This document shows, one piece after another, positions 26,305 through 38,639 of a stretch of DNA of 64,000 bases. Under the pieces are notes generated by a model. It ran no database searches. It had not been told where the DNA came from and worked only from the letters and a program-made list of their open reading frames with translations. The translations under genes were made by a program, and so were the position numbers. Each line of letters begins with the position of its first letter. Positions within the stretch are counted from its first letter, which is position 1. Source of the stretch: Eledone cirrhosa. Taxonomy: Eukaryota. The DNA lies in the NCBI GenBank assembly GCA_964016885.1, contig OZ024752.1, forward strand, positions 21,514,001-21,578,000. The letters run 5' to 3'.

Positions 26305-26622
26305 TATTGCGTTTCTGAATTTGTTTAGCAAGTTTCTTTATCTGAAAACGTGTGTTGAAACCGATATTGTTATACTTTGGGAGGGTCATGTTGCCAATAA
26401 GAAACACACGCACCAGTTGCTTTCACTTCAATTTATTACAAATTTCCGTTTGGTTGGTTCCACAACCGGATGGTTGTTCATATATTGTCAAAGTTCTTTC
26501 GTCACACATTCTGTGACCTCTTCAGTGACTGGGAATTCTTTTCTATGTTTTGTGCCTCTCCTTTGTTCTCTCCTACGCCATCTTGTTTTTGTGTGTGTTG
26601 TGTGCTTAGTTTGCGCATGTGT
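26305..26622 (-). mobile_element. pLTR of the enlarged-fingers PLE lineage (subfamily B), including tail extension
   Basis: Matches 35791..36080 and the reverse complement of 36585..36920. Confidence 0.85.
26487..26529 (-). ncRNA. Minimal type I hammerhead ribozyme
   Basis: GTCA-CTGAAGA-g-GTCACA-gaatg-TGTGAC-GAAA-GAAC-TT-TGAC; CUU site. Confidence 0.8.
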
Positions 26623-26631
26623 TATATATAT

Positions 26632-27690
26632 GTGGCCGATGCTCAGGTGCAATAAGTACCAAGTGCCCACAGGATACTAGCTCCTTCTACTGCCCAGATG
26701 GTTCTATAGAAATAGTGGACACTTTCCGTTACCTGGGTGACAAAATCAGCAGTGGTGGAGTGTGCTCTGAAAGCACAGTAGCTAGAGTCAGAATGGGATG
26801 GAAAAAGTTCAGAGAGCTTATACCACTACTGGCCTCAAAAGGTTTCTCTCCAAAAATGAAAGGTAAATTGTATCATGCTTGTATACGAACAGCAATGCTA
26901 CATAGCAGTGAGACATGGGCATTACGTGCAGAGGACCTGCACAGACTGGAATGGAACGAAGCATGCATGCTCTGTTGGATGTGTGATAGTAATATACATG
27001 AACGGCAAAACATAAATGAATTAAGTGAGAAATTAGGAATAAGAGGGATCAGATGCTGTTTACTTGAAAGAAGATTACGTTGGTATGGTCTCGTGATGCG
27101 CATGAAAGACGACAGCTGTATAAAAAAAAATGCAGGGCGATCAAAATTGATGGAAGTTACGGAGTAGGTAGACTCAGAAAAACCTGGTACGACATGATAA
27201 ATTCCGACCTTGCACACTTGCACCTCTCTAAGACAATGTCACTGGATCGAGATCTTTGGCGCCATGCAGTAATACAGAACCGTCCCTACGTGCAAAGTTA
27301 ACCTACAGTCAGTAGGCACCTCTTAACCAAATATACACCCCATCTCACTACCCCTACTCCATCCTCCCACTCACGCCAACACCACCCTTTCTCTGTAAAG
27401 TTATATTGGTACTGCACCATCCAGTCTAAACTAATGAGGTCGTGTAGGTGTCACGACAAAAAAACACACAGTCCACACTGTAATGTGATCGTGTAGGTAA
27501 CACGGTAAAAAGCTCCCAGTTCACACTGTAAATGTGGTTGGTGTTAGGAAGGGCATCCAGGCGTAGAAAACCTGCCAGATAGTCCTATATGAGCGAGACA
27601 CGATCACCCGACCAGCCTTGCCTCAAGTGGGACAACTCCCGTCTAACCCATGCTTGCGTGGAGGATAGACATTAAACGATGATGATGATA
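26632..27690 (+). mobile_element. 5'-truncated RTE LINE (end of PHD, thumb, 3' UTR, (GAT)n tail)
   Basis: CGRCSG...FRYLGD...LRWYG; frameshift at the A-run near 27122; homologous to ORF 23870..24952. Confidence 0.9.
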
Positions 27691-27740
27691 TACTCCTTTA
27701 CTCTTTTACCTGTTCCAGCCATCCGGCTGAGGCCTTGCTG

Positions 27741-27784
<44 letters not shown>

Positions 27785-27790
<6 letters not shown>

Positions 27791-28007
27791 AGAAAAAAAG
27801 AGAATCAGTGTTGCGATGAATGGAATTTATTGGACATATTACAATCGTTTCTCTGGTGACCAGCTCGAGGCACGATCGATGTGATGATTGAACCTGACTC
27901 TAAAAATTGCAAGGTCCTCAGATGCGTCTTGATTCTACGAAGCAGATTTGTAATATGTCCAATAAATTCCATTCGTCGCAACACTGATTCTCTTTTTTTC
28001 TGTGATA
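27785..28007 (-). mobile_element. Fold-back PLE pLTR with hammerhead (27833..27928, minus strand)
   Basis: 60-bp inverted arms 27785..27844 and 27948..28007; GACGCAT-CTGAGGA...GAAA-CGATTG-TA-ATATGTC. Confidence 0.8.
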
Positions 28008-28094
28008 TGATACTCTGCTCTATGAGAGCATTGAGTGCTCAAATGGCCTACCGAATCCAACACCAATTATATATATATATATATATGAGGAAAA

Positions 28095-28470
28095 ATAACG
28101 AGTTGCCACACTTAAAGTTGGCACTCTAACAGGTAAATCTGGTGAGATAGCGGAGATGCTGGAGAGAAGGCATGTGGATGTGTGCTGTGTGCAAGAGGTG
28201 AGATGGAGAGGTGCCTCTGTAAGACTAATTGCAGGCAAACATCGTAGTTATAAGCTTTTCTGGGTGGGTAATGATGTTGGGTTAGGTGGGGTGGGCATAT
28301 TACTGGCTGAGAGGTGGATCAATAAGACAATAGAGGTAGTTAGAGATAGTGATAGAATAATTAAGATTAGTTGTAGGCAAGGGACTACTGACAATCATCT
28401 CTGCCTATGCTCCCCAGGCAGGCCTAGGTAAAGAAAGACTGCTTTTACGAGCAACTTTTACAAACAACCT
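28095..28470 (+). pseudogene. RTE AP-endonuclease fragment
   Basis: RVATLKVGTLTGK...VDVCCVQEVRW...GVGILL...IISAYAPQ. Confidence 0.85.
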
Positions 28471-29563
28471 CAATGACAGAGGACGGAGACATACACGCAC
28501 CCGTGTGCTCCCACACCGGATGCATATACTTGATGAGTTCCCCCTCATCCGCCCATCCACGCGCCGCTGCGCAGATGGTGCACACAGTATTGTATGAGAC
28601 AACGCATTTGAGGCCTTGACCCAACCTGATCACGTGGCGGTGTGAGTCCGAAGGTGCCTGCACAATATGCCTAAATGTTACGGCAGCACAATATCCCTGC
28701 ACTAATCTCATATATATGGGTGGCACATATATAAAAAAAAACCTGTATGCATATAACATAAAATAATGAAATAGTATACAATAATAAAATAAAATAAGAT
28801 AAAATACAATAAAATAAAATGCTGGAAAAAGAGAATGCATACATGACAAGGATGCAGAGGGGAACCGGGCATTATCGAGGTGTGCTTAAAGTTTCATACA
28901 ATAGTTGTGGGCTGTGGTGCAAATGTTTATATGATATACATGGGGGCTGTTGGGTTAAGGCACTGGGTAGGAGCCTGCGCATGATGCAGGTCTCGTTGCT
29001 TGTGGATAGGTGTGGGTCGTGCGTGCGTGCACAAACAAGTTATATATATTGTGGTTATGTGTGACATCCATTTCATAAAAGTATATATGAGATGTGCATA
29101 GGTTTGGTGTATACATAGAATATAAAGGGTATGTGCTTCACAACAATATATATGGAATGCACGTGGAGTGTATGTATGATGAAATGTGCCAGCGGCATGC
29201 GTTGTGTGCGTGTGTATATCGGCGGCATGGAACGACAAAATTAAAACTTGAAATCAAAATTAAAATTAAAATTAACATCAACATTACAATTAACTGCAAC
29301 ATTAACCTTAAGACCAGCATCATGTCCATCATCCAAGTAGCGGATTGAGCACCGCGAATCGAATATCGGAAATCAACAATTTAAAAATTTAAAAGTTTGA
29401 AAATTTAGAAATTTGAAAATTTAAAACCACACATTTGTTTGTAGACCCAATCCTACTTGTAATGAGCGAGCGTCCGCAAATTGCTGTGGTAATGCTATTT
29501 GGGTGTTCTACGAGGTGGGCAACGTTTGAACTGTCACCGCTATCAGCTTGTGCTGTCATGCAT

Positions 29564-32468
29564 TCATAGATATGCAGTGTTCAATTGTGGTCCGCTGCAT
29601 GCGTTCCACCTGGTGTTGTGGTGCCGGTGGTGCATTATACAGATCGATCCATCCGGTATCACTAGGGCGGAGCGTGTGCATTTACGTTGATGTAGGCATG
29701 CCATGGTTATTTCAGACTTGAGGTTGACTGCGTCGCCCTTAAGTTTTATTATCTCCATAGCTTCGGATAGGCATAACTTGCACTTCCTGTCTCCGGCTGA
29801 GTATGCATTCGCATGCTGAACAATACCCCAGCTGAGGTCGTATTCAATGCCATTGTCTTTGAATCTCCACACTAAGTCCGCCAATCTGGTTGGATGTCTC
29901 TTGTTCCTGTTCTTGAACGAGCTCTTGTGATTGTACATCCTCGACTTAAAAGTCGTGGATGTAGTTCCGATGTATGTGTGGCTATCGTTGTGCGTGGTAA
30001 CCACACATCTGTATACAACGCCCTTAGTCAGGCACATTCCCTGCAGGGGTCACTCCTCACGGACACGGCAGTTACATGTCTGTGCATCATGTTTGCAACC
30101 CCCGTTACGTGGTCCTGGCGTCTTATTTGTGTTCTCGCCGGTCCTCGAGTGGTGCTCCGGCGGAATGGTGGACTCAATGTTCACCACCAGCTTGTCTCTG
30201 CTGGCAGGTCTGGGGCCCTCCGCAGCCGCGGGTCTTCCCCCAAGCACGTCCCCAGAACCGTCAGCCACTTCCGCGTGCTCTCCCCGCAACTCCCCCGGCG
30301 GGTCTGGTGCCTGATCTTGGCGCCCATGAGGTGTCCTCAATTTCAACGGGTTGGTCCTGGCCATGTAGTCCGCCATATTGGGTGCCGTGGAAAATGAGAA
30401 CTTCACGGTGTGCCGATTGAAAATTTTGTGGTACCTGTGTGAAGCCGGGAAACATTCGTTCAATGCCCTGAAGAAGAGACCTGGCACGTTAGTGCGTACA
30501 TGCTTCGAGTATGGTGCATTAAACCATGTGACGTTTCTAGATCTATTTCTATTTCGTCGTCTGCTACTAGTGGTGCTTGCATTGTCAAGCTGCTCTCTCG
30601 GGTTAAGCCCTACGCCTAATTGACCCCCCCCATTTTATCCCTATGATTGAACTGTTACTTAAGTCTGTGGAATGGCCTTCACTTTCTAAGTTGTTCTGGA
30701 CACGGTTTCTAGCCCTATTTTCCGTCTCTATCCCGCTACCCGAGTATCCTGGTGTATCATTGCTGGTATTCTTAGTCTTGGTATTACCCCTAGAGCTCCG
30801 GGCTGGGTTATCTACTTCACTATCTATGGTTTGCCCGTCCCGGTCCGTGGAATTATTATTGTTCAGTCCGTATGTATTGTGGTCCCTCGGGTTCCCGAGT
30901 TCCTTCAACTGTCTATGCGCTGTGCGGCCATCACTGTCGTGTTTAATACTCCTATCTATACTGTTGGGTGTTTGCTTACGTGTAGGTTATCTGGCTAAGT
31001 TATTACTAGCGGTATACGGGTGTTTTTGTTGCTCGCTATGCGGCCTGCCCTTGTCCGGTGTATACACTATGGCTTCTGTATATCTTGCCCTGCCCAGTGC
31101 CTTATTGTAGTAGTCGGCGTGCTGATTGAACACATCCACATTGGCGGACAGTGTGGATACTCGGGTAGATACCCCCTTCACTATAGCGTCAATAACCGAC
31201 TTGGGGTGGTTAAACTGCCTGTTTACGTACTGCAGGTTCTCGTTGGGCTTGTGATATGGTTGGTTTAAGCCTGTATCCAGTTCCAAGGATACGTCTAGGA
31301 AATTTACTGTCTTAGTGCTATTTTCTATTAGCACGGATAAGCCGTGCTGCTTAAAGAAATGTGAGATGCGCTCCAGCTGGATAGAGTTTAATGAGCGGAA
31401 GGTAAATAGGATGTCGTCGCTATATATCCCTCCGCCCATCCCTGGAATCTCCTCTGCTAACCTATGGAGTAGATAAATTCCCACCAAGTCCGTCATCTGT
31501 GCGGAGTCGCTCGAGCCCATGGTGATGTCGAAACTGTCGGGTCTATCTCTCCTTTCCCACAGTCTACCGTCAAACCTAATGAGTGTCTTTCTAGCAGCTA
31601 TAATGATGTCCACTTCACCTCTAGTTAAGTTGGACCTTGCCATAGCGCTCATGAGGGCCTTGTTTAGTAATTACTGGTGAGATAATCGCGTAGTAATTTG
31701 CTATGTCCAGCTGCACAAAGTTCACTTGCTGTTTGGTGGGCAGCGCTGTAAACCTGTCTATTTCGTCCTTAGTGGAAGTCCATAAGCTAAGTCTATTTCT
31801 ATTCATAAGAGTGGGCAATATCCTATCTATAATATTCTTACTGGCCCTACCTAGGTCGGACTTGGGGGGTGCTATTAGTCTAACCGAGAGGTTGGTCTTA
31901 AGGTCTAATCTATGGTCCTTGATGGAAATCCGCGGTTTTCTAGGTACGTATTGTTCTGTCCTGTCTGCTATTTCCAGTCCTGTCATTAAGTTTTTGGTCG
32001 TCTAGTTGATTCTGTCAAGGTTGTCCTGACCCGTAATCCTATAAATCTTCCTAATCTCTTTTTCAATGTATTTTCTATATGTTCTGTGGTTCATCCTGTA
32101 AATGTTACCCGTCTTATCCGAAGGTACAAGTAAGTCCGGGTAACTCTCTATGCTTTTAATCTTGGAGCTGAGCTCTTTCATGTACTGGTTTCCGCGTGCT
32201 AGATTCCTGTTGAATTTTATGTTCCTTACGATGCCTACTAGGCGGTTTTCGAAGGTTTCCAGTGCCCCGTTCTGCGGGGGAGGGGTGTCGTCTGGACTTG
32301 AAAATCCTTCTAAGGCGGTCGCGTGGGATGTCCTGAGTCTGTTGTGTATTTCCATGATCGTAGTGGAAGGCGCACCATCTCATGCGCCTGACAAATTAGT
32401 TGGTGTGGTGGATGAGTAGGCGAAGGTAGGTGTTGTCCGAAGGTATCGGGATGTCTTTGGACGAGGAA
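29564..32468 (-). pseudogene. Hydra-clade-like PLE ORF (RT + GIY-YIG), near full-length, frameshifted
   Basis: KDIPIPS...RRMRWCA, SDKTGN, LDIANYY, ITMGSSDSA, GIYSDD, NFLDV, KIFNRHTVKFSFS, CNC...VVY...YIG...FKSR..NH...CKLC. Confidence 0.9.
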
Positions 32469-32469
32469 G

Positions 32470-32590
32470 ATTTCAGAGACAGGTGTGATCACCATATCGA
32501 TCATGCCTCGAGCTGGTCGCCCGAGAAACATTTGTAATATGTCCAATAAATTCCTTTCGTCGCAACACTTATTCTCTTTTTTTCTGTTTT
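32470..32590 (+). repeat. Inverted partial pLTR at the 5' end of the 29564..32468 PLE (3' half of hammerhead)
   Basis: Reverse complement of 27790..27900; contains GAAA-CATTTG-TA-ATATGTC. Confidence 0.8.
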
Positions 32591-32597
32591 ATATATA

Positions 32598-33139
32598 TAT
32601 TGTTATATTTGGGGAGGGTCATATTGTTGTAATAATATTGCCAGAAATTATAACAGAACACACTCACTGTTTGGTTGGTCTTCGCTTCTGTATCTTTTAT
32701 ATCTCCACAGTTAATTCATTTGGTCCTCAATGTTTATCATTGACTGACCAACTGTCAAAAATACAGATATAAACACATATATATAGTCTAACAAAGTTCT
32801 TTCGTTGCACATCTGCAACATCATCAGTGGTACTATTATGTTCCCCCTGTTGTATGTCTACGCCATTTTTATGAATGGAATAACAAGAACACCCAAACAA
32901 ACAATACTGACTTAAGAGAAATATAAATAAATAAATAAATAAATAAGCACAATAACAACAAACACATATAAACACACACTAGTAAACTAAGATAGAATAC
33001 AATAACTAAAACATAGTCACCCAAACGCGAACACACACACACCAAACACTATACACACACGCAAACGCATGCGCCGAGAAGAAGACAAAAATAAATAAAT
33101 AAATAAACAGATAAAATAAAAATGGCGTAGACATACAAT
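32598..33139 (+). mobile_element. Extremely 5'-truncated copy of the 45541..48109 PLE family with inverted pLTR (hammerhead at 32790..32831, minus strand)
   Basis: 32598..32870 is homologous to 45586..45847; ~32873 onward encodes EWNNKNTQTNNTDLREI*, matching the end of ORF 45823..47574. Confidence 0.85.
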
Positions 33140-33527
33140 ATTGTTTCTAAAAATATCTATCTTGGTATTTTTACTTAAAAGAAATCATCAATATTGAATT
33201 TGTGATTTTGCCACTAAAAAGATTCAGAGTTACTGAAATACTAATTCCATCCTTAGCAGAAACCTCCAGATTCAGGGGAATGGAGAAAAGGGGTTTCATT
33301 GATTCTATTATGGGAAAGCAGCCAGCCAACTATATTGTGGGCCCATGAAGGATGAGAAAGAAGGATGAGATTGGTGGGATTCAAAGCTAAAACGTATCGG
33401 GCCGTAAAGCATTTAGTTTGACACCTTAATGCTCCTATTTATCCGATTATCTTCGTGAAAGTCCTCAAGGACTAGCTGATTTGGGTGTTTCTATGTGGCT
33501 GCTTGGTCTGAATTATATAGTTGTCAA

Positions 33528-33715
33528 GGCGGTGGACTGGCAGTATCGGTAGCGAGACGGACGCCATGCTTTCCAGCATAGTTACGTCCGTTTACGGTCT
33601 GAGTTCAAATCCCACCGAGGTTAACTTTGCCTTTCATCCTTACGGTGTCGATAAAATAAAGTACCAGTAATGTACTGGTAAATTGCTGGCCTCCTGCCAA
33701 AAGTAGAAACAATTA
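33528..33715 (+). mobile_element. tRNA-derived SINE
   Basis: A-box-like tggcagtatcgg, B box GTTCAAATC; close to 6580..6766. Confidence 0.8.
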
Positions 33716-33811
33716 TATAGTTGTCAGAAGTTACTGGAATCTTGCAGAAGGATACATTACCAAAGGGTTAATTTGTCTAGGGTGTTAATTTTAAAGTGTG
33801 CCAGCTTTAGT

Positions 33812-34676
33812 TTAGTCCGAAGTGGATGCATTTAGAAGGGGTTCGTATTTGGCGATAAAGTGTGATTCCATGCTAATGCGCTTGATGTAGGAAACGTTGT
33901 CTTTAAATTTATAGAGGAGGAAAATTCTGAAATTGGGTTGTTCATTAGATGCGCAGGTCGCGATGTGTTCACTCAGGGCTATCTCTCTGTATTCCAGTAT
34001 TTTAATTTGGGATCTATGGACAGTCATACGTTGTCGGAGGCTGTTTTTAGTCTGTCCTATGTAGTGCTCTCGACAACCTGAGCATATCAACACATAAATC
34101 AGGTTTTCTGATGCACATGTGAAATTGTGTTTAACTGTAAAGTGTTGTCCTTGTTTGGAGTGGAACTCTAATGCCTCTATTAGATTGGTACATATACCAC
34201 AGTTGGTGTCTTCTGCATTTTTTTACTGTAGGGTTGGCTGGATTTTGGCCTGTGTAAGGATGTTTTTTATTGATTTGGTTTTTTTTTTGCTCTTTATAAT
34301 GTTGTGCGTTTGAAGGATTTGATTCATTTTTAGGTCTCTTTTAAGTAAAGCTATGTTCTGGAGGATGGTATCAAATGGGGTTGTGTGTGGAGATGTATGG
34401 TATAGTTTTCAGTTTCGAATCGTTCCTTGGTTTGGGGTGTCTAAGTTCCTGGATGTAGAGTTTTAGGGCACGCTGGAATGCATTGATTAGGGATGGTGGG
34501 TAATTCCTGCTAATAAGTGAGTTCTTTCATTCTTCTAGTCGTATGTAGCATGTGTATTTATCAGATACTATTGTGCAGATCCTTTTGGCTAGGTTGTAAA
34601 GAATGGTCATTTTGGTGTGTCTAAGGCGGCATGAGTTGAATGGAAGATACTGATTGAAGTCTGTGGGTTTATAGTG
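33812..34676 (-). pseudogene. Neptune-like PLE 3' part (RT thumb, Zn-finger linker, GIY-YIG)
   Basis: [16 protein letters not shown]; NCGIC...FTCASENLIYVLICSGCREHYIGQT...RQRMTVH...EHI...LN; truncated at (TA)n. Confidence 0.85.
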
Positions 34677-35026
<350 letters not shown>

Positions 35027-35031
<5 letters not shown>

Positions 35032-35736
35032 GAATAAAGTTAGTCCTGCATCAGTGATCTTCCAACCATCATTGGTATTTCATCGCTTTAAAGACCATAT
35101 ACCTCCGGTTGGTGCGAGCAACGGCTAAAAAAAGTCGTTGGGACACGTAAATAAAGGGGACACGAGTGTGTAAACAAACAAAGATGGTGAAGCAACGAAA
35201 AGTGAGGAAGAAAGAGTCAAGTCCCAAATTTCCATGAATATAAGTTCGGTGAAATCGTGAACGAGAGAGAATAAAGACCATCAAACCTGGTTGGAATGTG
35301 AGCAAGGAAGGAATTCCGTACAGGTCTAACGGGAGGAAGAAGGAATCTAGTCTGTGAATTCGGTGAATATAAGTTCTGTGAAATCGTAGACGAGAGAGAG
35401 AAAAAAAGCCAACCAGCCTGACCAAGAGTGCGAAAGAAAAGAATTACGCACAGGTCAAACGGGAAGAAGGAGGAGGAGGGGTAGTAACAGAGAGTGAGTG
35501 AGTGAGTGGGTGAAGGGTGAGGAAGAGGCTAACAGAGAGAGTGACTGTTAGAGAGGGTAAAGATTCAGAGAAAGAGGAAGCAGTAAGAACGAAATAGACG
35601 GGTCACAGCGGGGGAAAAAATATGTGTAAATATGAGAATAAACGTGCTGCGTGGTTGCTAATGGGTTACATATGAATAAAGTTAGTCTTTCATCAGTGAT
35701 CTTCCAACCATCATTGGTATTTCATCGCTTTAAAGA

Positions 35737-35741
<5 letters not shown>
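35027..35741. repeat. ~570-bp purine-rich segment (possible solo LTR) flanked by ~72-bp direct repeats
   Basis: Direct repeats 35027..35101 and 35669..35741; the inner segment ends GGGTTACA and holds two diverged ~130-bp subrepeats. Confidence 0.55.
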
Positions 35742-35790
<49 letters not shown>

Positions 35791-35798
<8 letters not shown>

Positions 35799-36920
35799 AT
35801 ACTTTGGGAGGGTCATGTTGCCAATAAGAAACACTCACCAGTTACTTTCACTTCAATTTATTATAAATTAAATTATAAATTTTAAAAAATTTATAAATTT
35901 CCGGTTAGTTGGTTGGTTCCACAACCGGATGGTTGTTCATATATTGTCAAAGTTCTTTCGTCACACATTCTGTGACCTCATCAGTGACCGCGGATTCTTT
36001 TCTTTGTTTTGTGCATCTCCTTTGTTCTGTCCTACGCCATCTTGTTTTTGTGTGTGTTGTGTGCTTAGTTTGCGCATGTGTTACATCCGGGTGTCTGTGT
36101 GTGTTTTTATTTGTTTATTTATTTGTTTATTTACATGTTACTAGCTAGTTGTTTGTTCTATGTGTGTGTGTATTTTCATTTTGTCCTTAATTGTAAGTTG
36201 TGATTTTGCTATTCCATTCAGGTTTTCTATTTAATTTTGGTTGGAGTTCATTTATGCTTATTGCCTCTGTGATTTGTCTAAACATTGCGTCTTTTCGGTG
36301 TGTAGATTTTATTTTTATTTCTATGTTCTCTAATTTGCCCTTATGTTCTATTTTAGCATGTTAGTGGAGTACTGATGAGTCTTTTCTATCTTGAAGCTCT
36401 CGCCAGTGTTTATTTAATCGTTCTCCTATGCTACGAGCTGTCTCACCTATGTACATTATATTCTTATCTTTACATTGTCCCTCAGTACATTTTATGCTAT
36501 ATACTATGTTTCTAGTTGTACAGTTAACATGTAAATAAACAAATAAATAGACAAATAAAAATACACACAGACACCAGGATGTAACACATGCGCAAACTAA
36601 GCACACAAAAACAAGATGGCGTAGGACAAAACAAAGGAGAAGCACAAAACAAGGAAAAGAAACCCCAGTCACTACTGAGGTCACATAATGTGACGAAGGA
36701 ACTTTGACAATATATGAACAACCATCCGGTTGTGGAACCAACCAACCGGAAATTTATAAATTTTTTTCAATTTATAATTTAATTTATAATAAATTGAAGT
36801 GAAACATATGGTGCGTGTGTTTCTTATTGGCAACATGACCCTCCCAAAGTATAACAATATCGGTTTCAACACACGTTTTCAGATAAAGAATCTTGCTAAA
36901 CGAATTCAGAAACGAAATAT
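35791..36920 (-). mobile_element. 5'-truncated PLE (subfamily B): GIY-YIG fragment between inverted pLTRs
   Basis: ~36200..36525 encodes CTTRNIVYSIKCTEGQC...YIGETARSIGERLNKH, homologous to the 45823 ORF; inverted repeats 35791..36140 and 36525..36860. Confidence 0.88.
35946..35988 (-). ncRNA. Minimal type I hammerhead ribozyme (degenerate copy at 36668..36708, plus strand)
   Basis: GTCA-CTGATGA-g-GTCACA-gaatg-TGTGAC-GAAA-GAAC-TT-TGAC. Confidence 0.82.
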
Positions 36921-36931
36921 ATGTACATAAT

Positions 36932-37034
<103 letters not shown>

Positions 37035-37104
37035 GTATATATATATATATATATATATACATACATATATATATATATATATACGTGAAATAGGGATGTA
37101 TACA

Positions 37105-37275
37105 TGAATGTATGTATAGTATATTTGGCAATATATTGTATGTTTAATTAAAAACATTTAGAAGACCATTCACTATGAGTATTGACATAGTCACTACTTT
37201 AAAAGTCATAGTGAATGGTCTTCTAAATGTTTTTAATTAAACATACGGTATATTGCCAAATATACTATACATACA

Positions 37276-37280
<5 letters not shown>
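37105..37280. repeat. ~70-bp near-perfect inverted repeat with ~31-nt spacer
   Basis: atgaatgtatgtatagtatatttggcaatata...ccattcactatga versus its reverse complement from 37207. Confidence 0.9.
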
Positions 37281-37309
<29 letters not shown>

Positions 37310-38639
37310 AAAGTTAAACAAGGTTCAATGAATACATCAAAGAATGAGTTTTACAATTGGAAGCAACAGAAAAAATGTTTTCCAGAGTTATTAATATTAA
37401 TTCAAAATATTAACAAAATAGATATTCTTGTGATCAATTATATTTAGATAAACATATTTGTACAACTATATATAGATATTATTATAGGTATTAATGAAAC
37501 GGTATACATTTAATAAATAAATAATTATAATCATTATTAGTAATGCTATAATTGTAGTTTTACCTCCAGTTCAGTGGAGAGAGAGACCAATATTTGTCGA
37601 CTATTATGGTTTGTTATATTTATACCTAGATATATATAAAAAATAAACAAATGCAAATCTAACTTTCTGAGTCCCCAAAACATACTCGAAATGAGTAAAA
37701 TATGCAAACGCATGAATGATTTACAGTTCAATTATAATCGGTAAATTTACAGGTTAAATATCCAAATTATATATTTAAAACAGAGACAGATAAATAAAGA
37801 TCCGAATCAAAATTATAAATATCTAAAAAAAACCTAAGGTGGGCATATTTATCAAGTAAACAAGTTATCAAAAGAGGATCCTTCATTCTAACATTAATTC
37901 TACCTTAAATACAGTGTTTGCCTCTGATCAAATCATCGGAATACTGGAGGGTTTAACACATGGCATTGGTATTTATAGATACATCGGAGAATCAAAATAA
38001 TAACATCAATAATAAAAGATAATAATATAGAAGTTAGAATGAAGATGATAAAGATGTAAAAAATAAGTACAGAATACGATTGCTGATAATAGTAGTGGGG
38101 GGGGGGGTATTTAATGTTTCAGTGGTGAGTAAGTGTATGTGTAAAGTAGTGATGACGGTAGAGATAACAATAACATGAAAAGAGACTTGAAATACATACA
38201 TATGTAGTGGTCAAATCCCGGAGGATTAGAGTAAAAAGTAAAAAATAATAACAAATAACAGATAAAAGATAAAAAATAATAAATAAAAATTAAGTGAGAG
38301 GGGAGGAGATAAAGGATAGGAGACAGAGAGTGGGGCGATAATACGAGGATGAAACATAAGGGGTAAGGCATAGGCCGGGGAGGGAGTAGATAGATAGAGA
38401 ATCAAAATTGAAAGGGGTAGTGTTGATATATGGGTGGTTAATGCCTGGCAGGCTGATTGTTTTATCTTAATGGAGGTGATGTGGCTATAAGGAGAGTGAG
38501 TGAAAGAAAGGTTGGGAGATTTATGATGTTGATTTAATGACCAGTTGGTCAGTTGACAGCTAATAACAGTGGGGTGATGTGTAGTCAGTACATTAAAATC
38601 CGGGTGGTTCTGCTTGAATTCTGAGATTGCTGGATCGAA

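Noticed and set aside
37370-37440. Possible hammerhead at the 3' end of the 38640..41010 PLE
   Set aside because: Only a badly degenerate core (TTGATCA...GAAAA) without a convincing stem I.
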